A stretch of 25,689 bases of DNA from a virus (lineage: Duplodnaviria; Caudoviricetes), in the IMG/VR virus record IMGVR_UViG_3300027787_000007, positions 1 through 25,689 of that record; one strand, 5' to 3'. The position numbers and the translations under genes were made by a program. The notes under the pieces are model-generated. The model worked only from the letters and a program-made list of their open reading frames with translations, had not been told where the DNA came from and did no database searches. Positions 16,111-23,645 of the stretch are shown one piece after another. Position 1 is the stretch's first letter; each line of letters starts with the position of its first letter.

Positions 16111-18729
16111 TCACTCACTAAGACCAACCTTGAGTGTGGTAAGCGAAACACCAAGAGCATCAGCAATCTCAGCCTGGGTGTATCCGGAGTTCATCATTGC
16201 CTTGGCCCTAAGCTTCTTGATGGGAGTCATAGAAACCGAAGACCTAGGTGTGGCTAGTTCCTTAACACGATCCAAGTCTGCATTGTTGAGGATCTGGTTG
16301 AGACGGTTGGGACTGATAGCACCTGCCTGAATAGCGGCCCATTCAGAATCGGTGATGTCAATCCTCTGCTTACGGGCCCCCACTCTAACCCGGGCCTCCG
16401 CTAGAGCCTGGGCTTTGAGGCGCTTAAGTTCAGCACTGTCCATGTCTGGGCGCCCTTGGGTCTTGAGGCGGACGATTTCGCCTGCCATTACCTGGGCACG
16501 TCTTTCTAATGGACTGTTTCTAAGGGCTACCGAAAGCTTCGATTGTAGGGAGGCCACTTCATTTGAGTACGCCTTCTTTGCAGATGGAGAATAGGGGATA
16601 CCCTTTGTGTTGACAGCAGCAAGCCTTGCCTGGTTGGCCAAGGACTTGAGTGAGTTCGAGTGATCTGCATACACCTTCTCTATGGGCGTGCCCGAAGAGA
16701 GGGAGCGTGCATCACTAGCTTCTGCCAACTTCTTTACTTTGATCTCTTTCCTTACCAACTGCCCTTGCCTGTTGGTAAAGGTTTCCCCTGTCGGTTCGAA
16801 TACCTTCCTACCAGTAGCCCGGTCTACAGGACCACCCTTTGCTGCAGACCTAGGTTTCCTATCAGGCACTCGTGTTTCAGAGCCGGCCCTTGAAATGAGG
16901 GTTGATGCCCCACCTCTCGGATTACCCTGATACTTCTCCATTAACTGCGAGATGCCGTTGTCTCGAGCAGATCCCTTGTAATCCAGGTTGTGTTTCTCTG
17001 CATCGATTACAACCATTGAATGCCGAACTGCGCGCGCTAGCTCGGCCGTGTTGGCACCACGAATTGTCATGTCCGTGATTAGGTTGGAAACGATACCCAT
17101 CTGGATCTGTTTGGTGCGTGGACTAATCGGCTTCATTCCAGGATAGGCAGGGTATGCCTTGATGGGATCGAAGTCTTTTAGTCCTTCTAGTGGCGAACCG
17201 GTCTTGATCTTCCTGTCGTTGTTGCGAATGACAAGAACATGATCGCCATCGAAGTCTGCACCCGAGAGACGTTGCGCTACCTTGTGATTGATGCCTACTG
17301 CATCTCTTGCTCGACCGATACTGGTCTGTGCTTCCTTGTTCCGGTTGTTCACTGTCAGTTCTGGGATCTCGAAGATTCCACCATGTGGATGGCGAATCAA
17401 TACAACCCTCTCACCATTACGGTAATTGGGTGCATAGATCTCATTGTCTTTCAGCGAATTGATTGGAAGGATCACATGGTTCGCAGTACCAGGAAGAGCA
17501 GCCGCTTTGAGATGTACAGCCGCAGCATCTGCATCATCAGCGAAGGATTCCAACAGACGCTTACGAACAGAAGGATTGGTGAGCTTGGAGATCTGTTCGA
17601 ACTCCTGACGCTTCCGTTCAGCTGCGACATCCAGTTGGGTCTTGGCGAGTGATGGACTCTGCTTCGACAACATCTGAGAAGACAGAGCTCGAGACCACTG
17701 TTCCCAGTTTCCTTCTTCGTTGATGATGTTCATGACGCCATGTTGTCGACTGATGGAAGCACCGAACGGATTGTCCGGATCGTCTTTCAGTTTCTTCAAG
17801 GCATCGAGTTTGTTGCCTGTGTTTTTCTTGTTCACATTGACGACAAGGTCCACGCCAGGAGGCATGTCGTCTTTGTACATTGCCATGCCCTTGATGTAGT
17901 GCGTTCCATCAACCGCAATACGAACCTGGGCATAGCTGGATTTACCGAGCGAGATGTCTTCTTTGCCGCGTCGAACATAGATGACACCGTCAGCTGCAGC
18001 ACCGCCCTCATCAGCATAACGAATTGCAACACGCTTCGAGCTGATTGAGGTGGGGGGCTTCAAACCGAGGAAAGTGCGCCCACCATCTTCGGAGTGTTCG
18101 GTAACAGTCCTGATGTTGGCACGATTGGCATAAGTCTCGGAGTACTTCGTGCCTGGAGCTACCAACACAGTCTGAGTTGTGAATTGACCGGTACCGAGTT
18201 GTGGAACCTTGACGTATTGAACGAGGTAGCCTTCTTCTTTCAGAAGGGCTACGGCCGCATTCAACTTCGTCCGACTGATCCCCATGTGGTGTTCAACACC
18301 GCTACCGATATCGAGGTACTTCTTGTCTGCGACTTGGTCACGCAGCATGTTCGACGTTGCCGTCAGAACATTGGCACGATCAGCGACACCCGGAGCTAGC
18401 AGAGCTCGAACAGAAGACTCATTGATCTTCATTCGTTGTCCGATGGCAACATTCGAATAGCCCTTGTCCTTGAGCCTCTGGGCCATCGCGATGTCTGCTT
18501 GCTTCTGCTGGTTGTTCGCAATCGTCTTTGCTGCGCGGAGCTGGGTAGTAGTGATGTTGAAGCTACGTGCGATTTCTACATCACTCATACCTTCTCGACG
18601 CAAGTTATCGACCGTCATCAAGAAAGTACGGTTACGACCCTCCTGCGTCTTACCAGATCCCCAGGGATAGCGACCTGATCTACGCAGAATGCCGTAGTGA
18701 GCGAGATGATTATCTTTGAGAATGATCAA
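16111..18729 (-). CDS. Single-subunit two-barrel (double-psi) RNA polymerase, YonO/QDE-1-like, with N- and C-terminal HTH domains
   Basis: Catalytic LSGADFDGD (DFDGD at 17242-17256). Upstream motifs ADG and QVR...IKG, and RHPH; downstream MGIVSN and HSMVVIDAEK. HTHs: GMSDVEIARSFNIT, GYSNVAIGQRMKINESSVR and GYTQAEIADALGVSLTTLK. GGAGGTG precedes the TTG start. Confidence 0.82.
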   Translation of the reverse strand: MIILKDNHLAHYGILRRSGRYPWGSGKTQEGRNRTFLMTVDNLRREGMSDVEIARSFNITTTQLRAAKTIANNQQKQADIAMAQRLKDKGYSNVAIGQRMKINESSVRALLAPGVADRANVLTATSNMLRDQVADKKYLDIGSGVEHHMGISRTKLNAAVALLKEEGYLVQYVKVPQLGTGQFTTQTVLVAPGTKYSETYANRANIRTVTEHSEDGGRTFLGLKPPTSISSKRVAIRYADEGGAAADGVIYVRRGKEDISLGKSSYAQVRIAVDGTHYIKGMAMYKDDMPPGVDLVVNVNKKNTGNKLDALKKLKDDPDNPFGASISRQHGVMNIINEEGNWEQWSRALSSQMLSKQSPSLAKTQLDVAAERKRQEFEQISKLTNPSVRKRLLESFADDADAAAVHLKAAALPGTANHVILPINSLKDNEIYAPNYRNGERVVLIRHPHGGIFEIPELTVNNRNKEAQTSIGRARDAVGINHKVAQRLSGADFDGDHVLVIRNNDRKIKTGSPLEGLKDFDPIKAYPAYPGMKPISPRTKQIQMGIVSNLITDMTIRGANTAELARAVRHSMVVIDAEKHNLDYKGSARDNGISQLMEKYQGNPRGGASTLISRAGSETRVPDRKPRSAAKGGPVDRATGRKVFEPTGETFTNRQGQLVRKEIKVKKLAEASDARSLSSGTPIEKVYADHSNSLKSLANQARLAAVNTKGIPYSPSAKKAYSNEVASLQSKLSVALRNSPLERRAQVMAGEIVRLKTQGRPDMDSAELKRLKAQALAEARVRVGARKQRIDITDSEWAAIQAGAISPNRLNQILNNADLDRVKELATPRSSVSMTPIKKLRAKAMMNSGYTQAEIADALGVSLTTLKVGLSE

Positions 18730-19289
18730 AACGGCACCTCCTGTCGCAGATCGTTCAGACGCTTGTCAAACGTCCGAATTTTGTCGATGATGTGAAAGAT
18801 GTCATCCGGATCGGGAATAAGCACCTTCACGTCATCATTCTGATAAATCCGCAGTTCTGCTCTGATCTCATTCGGCTTGAATTTGTACTCCAAACAGAAC
18901 AAGGCCATGTAGACCATGAGCTGAGTGAAGGACGCCTCGTTGATGCCGGTTTTGAGATCGTGGACTCGAAGAGTGTTCTTACGGAAGCCGATCGCATCGG
19001 CAGTACCGTAACAGTTCATCGAGTAGAACAAAATCTGTTCGGGTGTCAAACCATAGCTGATGGCATCATTGACGTACTGGTTCAACGTCGCCGAAGTGGC
19101 CGGCAGCTTTACCCGCAACTTGATCATTCGTTGCGCAAGGTCATGGAGCTCAGTTCCCCGGCGAGCAGCCATTTGCGCATGGAACACACGATCAAGTTTG
19201 TCTTCTGTGTAGTTAACCCAAGAGTGGTTACTCGGGCTAAGAAACGCGTGCGCCGCGGGAAGCACGGCGGAATGTCTGTTGAAGTCCAC
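18726..19289 (-). CDS. PD-(D/E)XK exonuclease, Cas4/RecB-like
   Basis: Likely GTG start at 19289. Motifs HAFLSPS, GTELH, EQ.L, GTADAI, VHDLKTG and QLMVY. Confidence 0.8.
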   Translation of the reverse strand: MDFNRHSAVLPAAHAFLSPSNHSWVNYTEDKLDRVFHAQMAARRGTELHDLAQRMIKLRVKLPATSATLNQYVNDAISYGLTPEQILFYSMNCYGTADAIGFRKNTLRVHDLKTGINEASFTQLMVYMALFCLEYKFKPNEIRAELRIYQNDDVKVLIPDPDDIFHIIDKIRTFDKRLNDLRQEVPF

Positions 19290-19560
19290 GGAAGACGTCC
19301 TCTTCGTTCTCAGGATAGATAAAGGCTGCGAACGACATTGCGTCGAAAAGCTCGACGTAGTAGCGCTGATTGGGTCGCTCAGGAGCATTTTCGTGTGCCT
19401 TTATCTCGAGCATGGCCCACGTGTTCCCGTAAAAGACAGTTCGATCCGGAATTCCTTGTACGAGTTGCGGATCGTTCTTTACGACAACACAGCCTGGGAA
19501 ATCCTCGTGGAGCCTGTTAACGACGTGTCTCTCGTATCTGCTTTCACGCATTTGCTCCAC
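19237..19560 (-). CDS. VRR-NUC domain nuclease (Holliday junction resolvase-like)
   Basis: E..Y...GIPD.......LEIK.......PNQ pattern of VRR-NUC; 107 aa. Confidence 0.8.
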   Translation of the reverse strand: MEQMRESRYERHVVNRLHEDFPGCVVVKNDPQLVQGIPDRTVFYGNTWAMLEIKAHENAPERPNQRYYVELFDAMSFAAFIYPENEEDVFRGLQQTFRRASRGARVS

Positions 19561-19589
19561 CTCCCAAACAAAAAGGGCTTGCTCTTACT

Positions 19590-19625
19590 CCTTCTATTAT
19601 ATCCTGCGATCCATACGCTACTTAA
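19590..19625 (-). promoter_or_regulatory. Putative promoter (TATAAT -10) for the VRR-Nuc/exonuclease/RNAP operon
   Basis: Perfect TATAAT on the minus strand (19596-19601) in the intergenic gap; no convincing -35. Confidence 0.5.
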
Positions 19626-20139
19626 TATGGCGTTTTATCAAGATGTGGTGATCAGTCGGGTACACCGTATAATTCCAGTGTCCGTGAAGAATGTTCGCTG
19701 CGCTAAGCACCACAGCTCGTTCAAGCAACCCATAGGTTTTCGCCAACTCCCAGCTATCCGGAAACTCCTCTCCCGTCTCGTGGATAATCAATGGTTCGTA
19801 CATACGATTTTGATAAGGCTGATTTTGGAACTGTTTGTGATACTCGATTGCGAAAGGTCGTGGACGCCAGGCGAGGTTGTTTGCCTGGAGATTGCCACGG
19901 TCGCCGTCGAGATGGATGACTGTATTGGAACGACGGTCTGGGGGGTCTACGAACGCCTTAGCGACGAGTACGGCAACAGACCTACAATAATCCACACCAC
20001 CTCGATGGAGGTTAATGTTGCGGATACCCTGGTGGTTGACTCGAATGGGCAAGAATCTTTTACTCAGATGCGAGTAGATCCGTCCATCGTCATGTACTTC
20101 GTAATCGAGGAATTCCTCGATTGCAGCGAACTCGGTCAT
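19618..20139 (-). CDS. NUMOD4-HNH homing-endonuclease-like protein
   Basis: N-terminal DYEVHDDGRIYS (NUMOD4), VAVLVAKAFV, and VIHLDGDRGNLQANNLAW (HNH_3-like). Confidence 0.75.
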   Translation of the reverse strand: MTEFAAIEEFLDYEVHDDGRIYSHLSKRFLPIRVNHQGIRNINLHRGGVDYCRSVAVLVAKAFVDPPDRRSNTVIHLDGDRGNLQANNLAWRPRPFAIEYHKQFQNQPYQNRMYEPLIIHETGEEFPDSWELAKTYGLLERAVVLSAANILHGHWNYTVYPTDHHILIKRHIK

Positions 20140-20159
20140 CAGGCATACATCTCCTCGGA

Positions 20160-20430
20160 AAAGCTCATGTCAAAAACCAAAAATTTTGGCCAAAAAGTTT
20201 TCTATAAAAACGCACATAGTATCAGTGCTGTTGATATTAAGTGAGTTTTATTGAGAAAGTTTTTAGCTTCAGATTTGACAGATTTGACAGATGATCTTGT
20301 AATTTCCACAAAATCCTGTCCTATTCTGTCCGAGTTTCGCCCCTTTCGCCACAACTATGTCCCTATTTACCCCCTTCTGCCCAAGTATGCCCATTATTTC
20401 ATCCTACTATGTCCTATTTCATCCACCCAG
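20160..20430. repeat. AT-rich tract with short direct repeats; candidate replication origin
   Basis: Markedly AT-rich. CAGATTTGA x2.5 (20270-20292), TGTCC(C)TATT x3 (20317, 20358, 20410) and TATTTCATCC x2 (20395, 20415); immediately downstream of the helicase. Confidence 0.55.
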
Positions 20431-21593
20431 GCCCGATTTGCTATGAATCGGCTTTCGTTGAAGTTCCGTTTTTCTGCCAAGGATTTTTTTATTCCAAAAT
20501 CCAAAATCGTTTTTGACAGAAGGCGGTAGTAGAAAAGTCTGTTATAGGGTGAATTCAACCGATCGATCCTACCATGCCCTTGTTCCCATAGTTTGTACGA
20601 ATACGGTTGCGAGTAGAAAACCATCGCATTGGTATCCGTACAGTTCCATCCCTCCCCTCCAGCGGCGTACTGAACCAAGTACAACCATCTCTCACAAGTC
20701 GGTAGAGGCTCGTGCTTGTGACCATTCCATTCAGAAATCGTCACTGTCTTCGAAAGCGATCTCAAGATCTCTAGTTCGAAGTCGAAGTTGTAGAAGACAA
20801 TCAACCGCGGGTGTATAGACATCAGTGACTGTACAACCCGCAACCGAGACAAGTCGGAATTCACAACCCGCCTCATCACAAGGAATAGTTCCGCCACGGT
20901 CTTCAACGGTCTGTTCTCGTACACATGCCATCGATCTACCATCACTCTCTTCAAGAGCTCAGCGTCGTAGTCGCACCAGACGTCCTCCTCCACTCGCACA
21001 GTGTGGCGTTGGTAGGGCATCTCTACGAGGATCTCATTACGCAGCCGGACCAGTTTCCCTACTGCTGTATATCTTTGAACTTTAGGGAATTTTGTGTACG
21101 GGTTATACACAACGTGGTCTCGCTTGAACTCAGAACGATTTCGATAGAATCCGTTGGCGATGAACACCGGAATGTAATCCATCCAAGTATCGCCTGGAGT
21201 GGCGGAGAGAAGGATCCACCGGTTTCGTCGAGTGATAGCCAGGAATTTGGTAACCCACTGACCACTACCGACAATTCGTTGCTCGTCGAAGATGAAGAAC
21301 GCCCCACTAACGGAGGCATACTTTCCAATGTTATTCCACGAATCGACCGTGAGAACACCCGCGACAGTCGCCCCAGGAACTCCTCCCACGGCTCGCTTGG
21401 CAAACTCCCCCTCCCAATCGCGAGAGTCTCTCTTCTTGGCTGTCGTGATGACGTAGACATCCTTTGGTGCTTCTTTCTCCATATAGTAGGCAACGGCTGT
21501 CAGGGATTTCCCCGTCCCGACACCGCCCCACAAGATCTTGCCGTTCGCTAGTTTCTTGACTGCTTCAGCTTGGTGGGGGTGAAGTTCGATCAT
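20394..21593 (-). CDS. Superfamily 2 DNA helicase
   Basis: Walker A GGVGTGKS, motif II FDEQ, motif III LSATP, motif V GGEGWN, motif [10 protein letters not shown]. Confidence 0.9.
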   Translation of the reverse strand: MIELHPHQAEAVKKLANGKILWGGVGTGKSLTAVAYYMEKEAPKDVYVITTAKKRDSRDWEGEFAKRAVGGVPGATVAGVLTVDSWNNIGKYASVSGAFFIFDEQRIVGSGQWVTKFLAITRRNRWILLSATPGDTWMDYIPVFIANGFYRNRSEFKRDHVVYNPYTKFPKVQRYTAVGKLVRLRNEILVEMPYQRHTVRVEEDVWCDYDAELLKRVMVDRWHVYENRPLKTVAELFLVMRRVVNSDLSRLRVVQSLMSIHPRLIVFYNFDFELEILRSLSKTVTISEWNGHKHEPLPTCERWLYLVQYAAGGEGWNCTDTNAMVFYSQPYSYKLWEQGHGRIDRLNSPYNRLFYYRLLSKTILDFGIKKSLAEKRNFNESRFIANRAWVDEIGHSRMK

Positions 21594-21994
21594 TTATCCT
21601 CGCACCCACAAGTTGGCGTATGCCTATCTCCGTGCTTACCATCCGGACCCAATGGACGATGTTTGTCGAGTTGGTCGATCAGCCTTTGCAAGCGACGGAT
21701 ATGGCTATGACTCCAGTTCCGACCTGACTGGCCAATCTCCGTCTGAGCGATACAGAACAATTCCCGGGTCATCTTGACGTTGTCGACCTGCAACGTCGGA
21801 ACAACCTCTGGAAATGCCCCGATTTCATTTCCGATCGCGTTGAACAGATCCTTCAAGTTCTTCCGATCCAACGTCGCAGCACCACTACCGTGCATGTGAT
21901 TGACGATGAGCTCGTAGGTGTTCGGATCTGTCTTCCGTAGAATCGCCTCCTCTTGTGTCTGATGGTCGTACACATCCCACAAGTCTTCGTCCAT
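21590..21994 (-). CDS. Hypothetical protein
   Basis: AGGAGGTG before the ATG at 21994; C-terminal [20 protein letters not shown] is a possible metal-binding tail. Confidence 0.65.
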   Translation of the reverse strand: MDEDLWDVYDHQTQEEAILRKTDPNTYELIVNHMHGSGAATLDRKNLKDLFNAIGNEIGAFPEVVPTLQVDNVKMTRELFCIAQTEIGQSGRNWSHSHIRRLQRLIDQLDKHRPLGPDGKHGDRHTPTCGCEDK

Positions 21995-21995
21995 T

Positions 21996-22310
21996 TCACA
22001 CCTCCTTGCCATACAGAGACCTCGAGCCGTACTGGGGGGAACCGAATCCGACCGTAACCTTCCGCCATCCCGATCCATCAAGGTCGTCGAGATAGAACGT
22101 GTTGCCTCCGTACGTAACCCGCACCGCCGGGCGTACCTGCCCTACAAATAGACGGGCCCAGTACTCGGGATGAATGCCCGGATCAGACACCACCAAATTG
22201 ACTTTCTGTGCATCACAAGGTTCCCCGTTCCAATATGTGCAAATTACTCCCGGGGGATGATTCAGGAACGAAGCCGGGAGGGGGGCACGAAGCTTCCTAC
22301 GGTTGCTCAT
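21996..22310 (-). CDS. Hypothetical protein
   Basis: AAGGAGAAGGTG before the ATG at 22310; 104 aa; packs tightly with its neighbours. Confidence 0.65.
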   Translation of the reverse strand: MSNRRKLRAPLPASFLNHPPGVICTYWNGEPCDAQKVNLVVSDPGIHPEYWARLFVGQVRPAVRVTYGGNTFYLDDLDGSGWRKVTVGFGSPQYGSRSLYGKEV

Positions 22311-22327
22311 CACCTTCTCCTTTAGCC

Positions 22328-22365
22328 AAAAACGAAACACCATGTTATTCACACGATGCCTCGTT
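22328..22365 (-). terminator. Rho-independent terminator
   Basis: Minus-strand 14-bp stem AACGAGGCAUCGUG/CAUGGUGUUUCGUU (with G-U pairs) running into a U tract, just after the stop at 22373. Confidence 0.7.
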
Positions 22366-22372
22366 CGAGGGT

Positions 22373-22609
22373 TTATTCTTCTTCCATTCTCTTCTTCAAC
22401 TTCTCGATGGCGTTCTTCATCACGAAGTAGTCCATCAACACGGCGTCCCAGCCTGCCTTGAATCCATCCGCGAACCAGCGGCGCGTCTCGACGTAGAGCT
22501 CGTCCTTGTGGGACTGCTCCATCGACTTGACGACACGACGGTGTCGGATGACCCAGACGAGGTTGGTCAGCAAAGCTGTAACTACTCCGGCGAGGATTGC
22601 AGCGAGCAT
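22373..22609 (-). CDS. Small membrane protein (single N-terminal TM helix)
   Basis: AAAGGA before the ATG at 22609; MLAAILAGVVTALLTNLVWVI followed by RHRR. Confidence 0.7.
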   Translation of the reverse strand: MLAAILAGVVTALLTNLVWVIRHRRVVKSMEQSHKDELYVETRRWFADGFKAGWDAVLMDYFVMKNAIEKLKKRMEEE

Positions 22610-22624
22610 GGCTGTTCCTTTCAG

Positions 22625-22665
22625 AGATGGGGTCTCATTATAAGCCATGTTTCTCCCGCGATAAT
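22625..22665 (-). promoter_or_regulatory. Putative promoter (TATAAT -10) of the membrane-protein cassette
   Basis: Minus strand reads CGCGGGAGAAACATGGCTTATAATGAGACCCCATCT; TATAAT at 22637-22642. Confidence 0.55.
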
Positions 22666-22669
22666 ATGA

Positions 22670-22698
22670 GTAGAGGGGGCCCGATCAACCCCCTCTAC
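22670..22698 (-). terminator. Strong hairpin / probable terminator downstream of the tRNA region
   Basis: Perfect 10-bp inverted repeat GTAGAGGGGG / CCCCCTCTAC, followed on the minus strand by UCAUAUUAU. Confidence 0.55.
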
Positions 22699-22810
22699 CC
22701 TATTCTCCCTCTCAGAAAGTCCGCCATTGAATGTAGGGTCTTTAGGCACTCAACCCCATGTCGCACCTCCTCTGATTAATCCGCGATTCCTGCAGCGTGC
22801 ACCCACTGCG

Positions 22811-22885
22811 CGCTGGTGGCAGGACTCGAACCTGCACACTTCGTGTCCACCCCACACGAGGCTCTACCAGTTGAGCTACACCAGC
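22811..22885 (-). tRNA. tRNA-like gene with Thr-like body (central GGU) and non-canonical anticodon arm
   Basis: Acceptor GCUGGUG/CACCAGC, D arm GCUC-AACUGGUA-GAGC, T arm GCAGG-UUCGAGU-CCUGC. Anticodon arm is UCGUGU-GGGGUGG-ACACGA. No encoded CCA. Confidence 0.75.
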
Positions 22886-22945
22886 AAGGTGAGTCGAGCC
22901 CCCGGAAATCCCGTACCAAGAGCCCGACCCACGCCTTGGATGCTG

Positions 22946-23431
22946 CTAGAAGATGACCCGAACCGTCTCTCCGAAATTGGCCCGGTTGCAGTTGGTGCAC
23001 GCCGTCTCGATCCTGAACCGGAAGGCGCAGAAGCATGGCATGTGGTAGGAATGCAACGTCACGCCGTACGTCGGACCGAGGTTTGTCAGCGCACCCCACC
23101 CATTGTTGGGCTGGACCACGTAGCACGACCCGGTGTACGGACAGACCTGCGTGCGAACCGTCATCCCACCCGTCGACGCGATCTCGACGTTGATGTCGTG
23201 ACAGGAGGGGACGCTGTTCTCGTTGCCGTACTCGTGCCACTTCCCGGCGAAGACGTCGTAGCTACCCGCGTCGTAGGCGAACCAGGTGGTGTCGTATCCC
23301 CAGTCGCACCCGGGGTAGTTGTACGTGTCGGCCTTGGCCATGGACGGGACGAAAAGCATCGTCACCGCGACGGCCACCACCCCGAAGAAGGCCATGGCTC
23401 GCCGGAGCAGGAACTTCTGACGCTCACTCAT
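22946..23431 (-). CDS. Secreted Cys-rich protein with Sec signal peptide
   Basis: GGAGGAG before the ATG at 23431. Basic n-region, hydrophobic h-region and AKA|D cleavage site; 8 Cys in the mature part. Confidence 0.75.
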   Translation of the reverse strand: MSERQKFLLRRAMAFFGVVAVAVTMLFVPSMAKADTYNYPGCDWGYDTTWFAYDAGSYDVFAGKWHEYGNENSVPSCHDINVEIASTGGMTVRTQVCPYTGSCYVVQPNNGWGALTNLGPTYGVTLHSYHMPCFCAFRFRIETACTNCNRANFGETVRVIF

Positions 23432-23636
23432 TGGGGGTCTCCTCCACATCTTCCCCGTCCTGCATCCGCGAGGCCACGTCGATGGCCCCATTGACTGCCT
23501 CGAGCGAGTCCCGCAGCTCCGTCAGGTTGACCAGAAACGACCTCCCGGCGAGGCTCAGCTGGTCCACCCGCACCAAGAGCTTTCGGAACGGCTCACGTGC
23601 GTTCTCCGGCGTCATGTCGGAGGTGAGATCTGACAT
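23424..23636 (-). CDS. Hypothetical protein
   Basis: AAGGAG RBS; 70 aa; overlaps the next start. Confidence 0.65.
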   Translation of the reverse strand: MSDLTSDMTPENAREPFRKLLVRVDQLSLAGRSFLVNLTELRDSLEAVNGAIDVASRMQDGEDVEETPNE

Positions 23637-23645
23637 TGTGCTCCT

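Noticed and set aside
16111-18729. T7-like single-subunit RNAP or a host rpoC fragment
   Set aside because: No T7/Pol-A motifs were seen and the catalytic loop is DxDGD. The surrounding motifs follow the RdRP/YonO pattern rather than RpoC, and no rpoB partner is present.
18726-19289. Cas4-like gene as evidence of CRISPR-Cas
   Set aside because: No repeat-spacer array or other cas genes; solo PD-(D/E)XK exonucleases are common in phage replication modules.
19561-19595. Possible terminator before the VRR-Nuc gene
   Set aside because: A U-run is present but the stem is too weak to support a call.
22670-22945. tmRNA or attP interpretation of the tRNA-like region
   Set aside because: The element has a complete D arm and closed cloverleaf, unlike tmRNA. 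There is no integrase or host-phage junction in the window.
22776-23240. 154-aa minus-strand ORF
   Set aside because: Overlaps the secreted-protein gene out of frame and runs through the tRNA.
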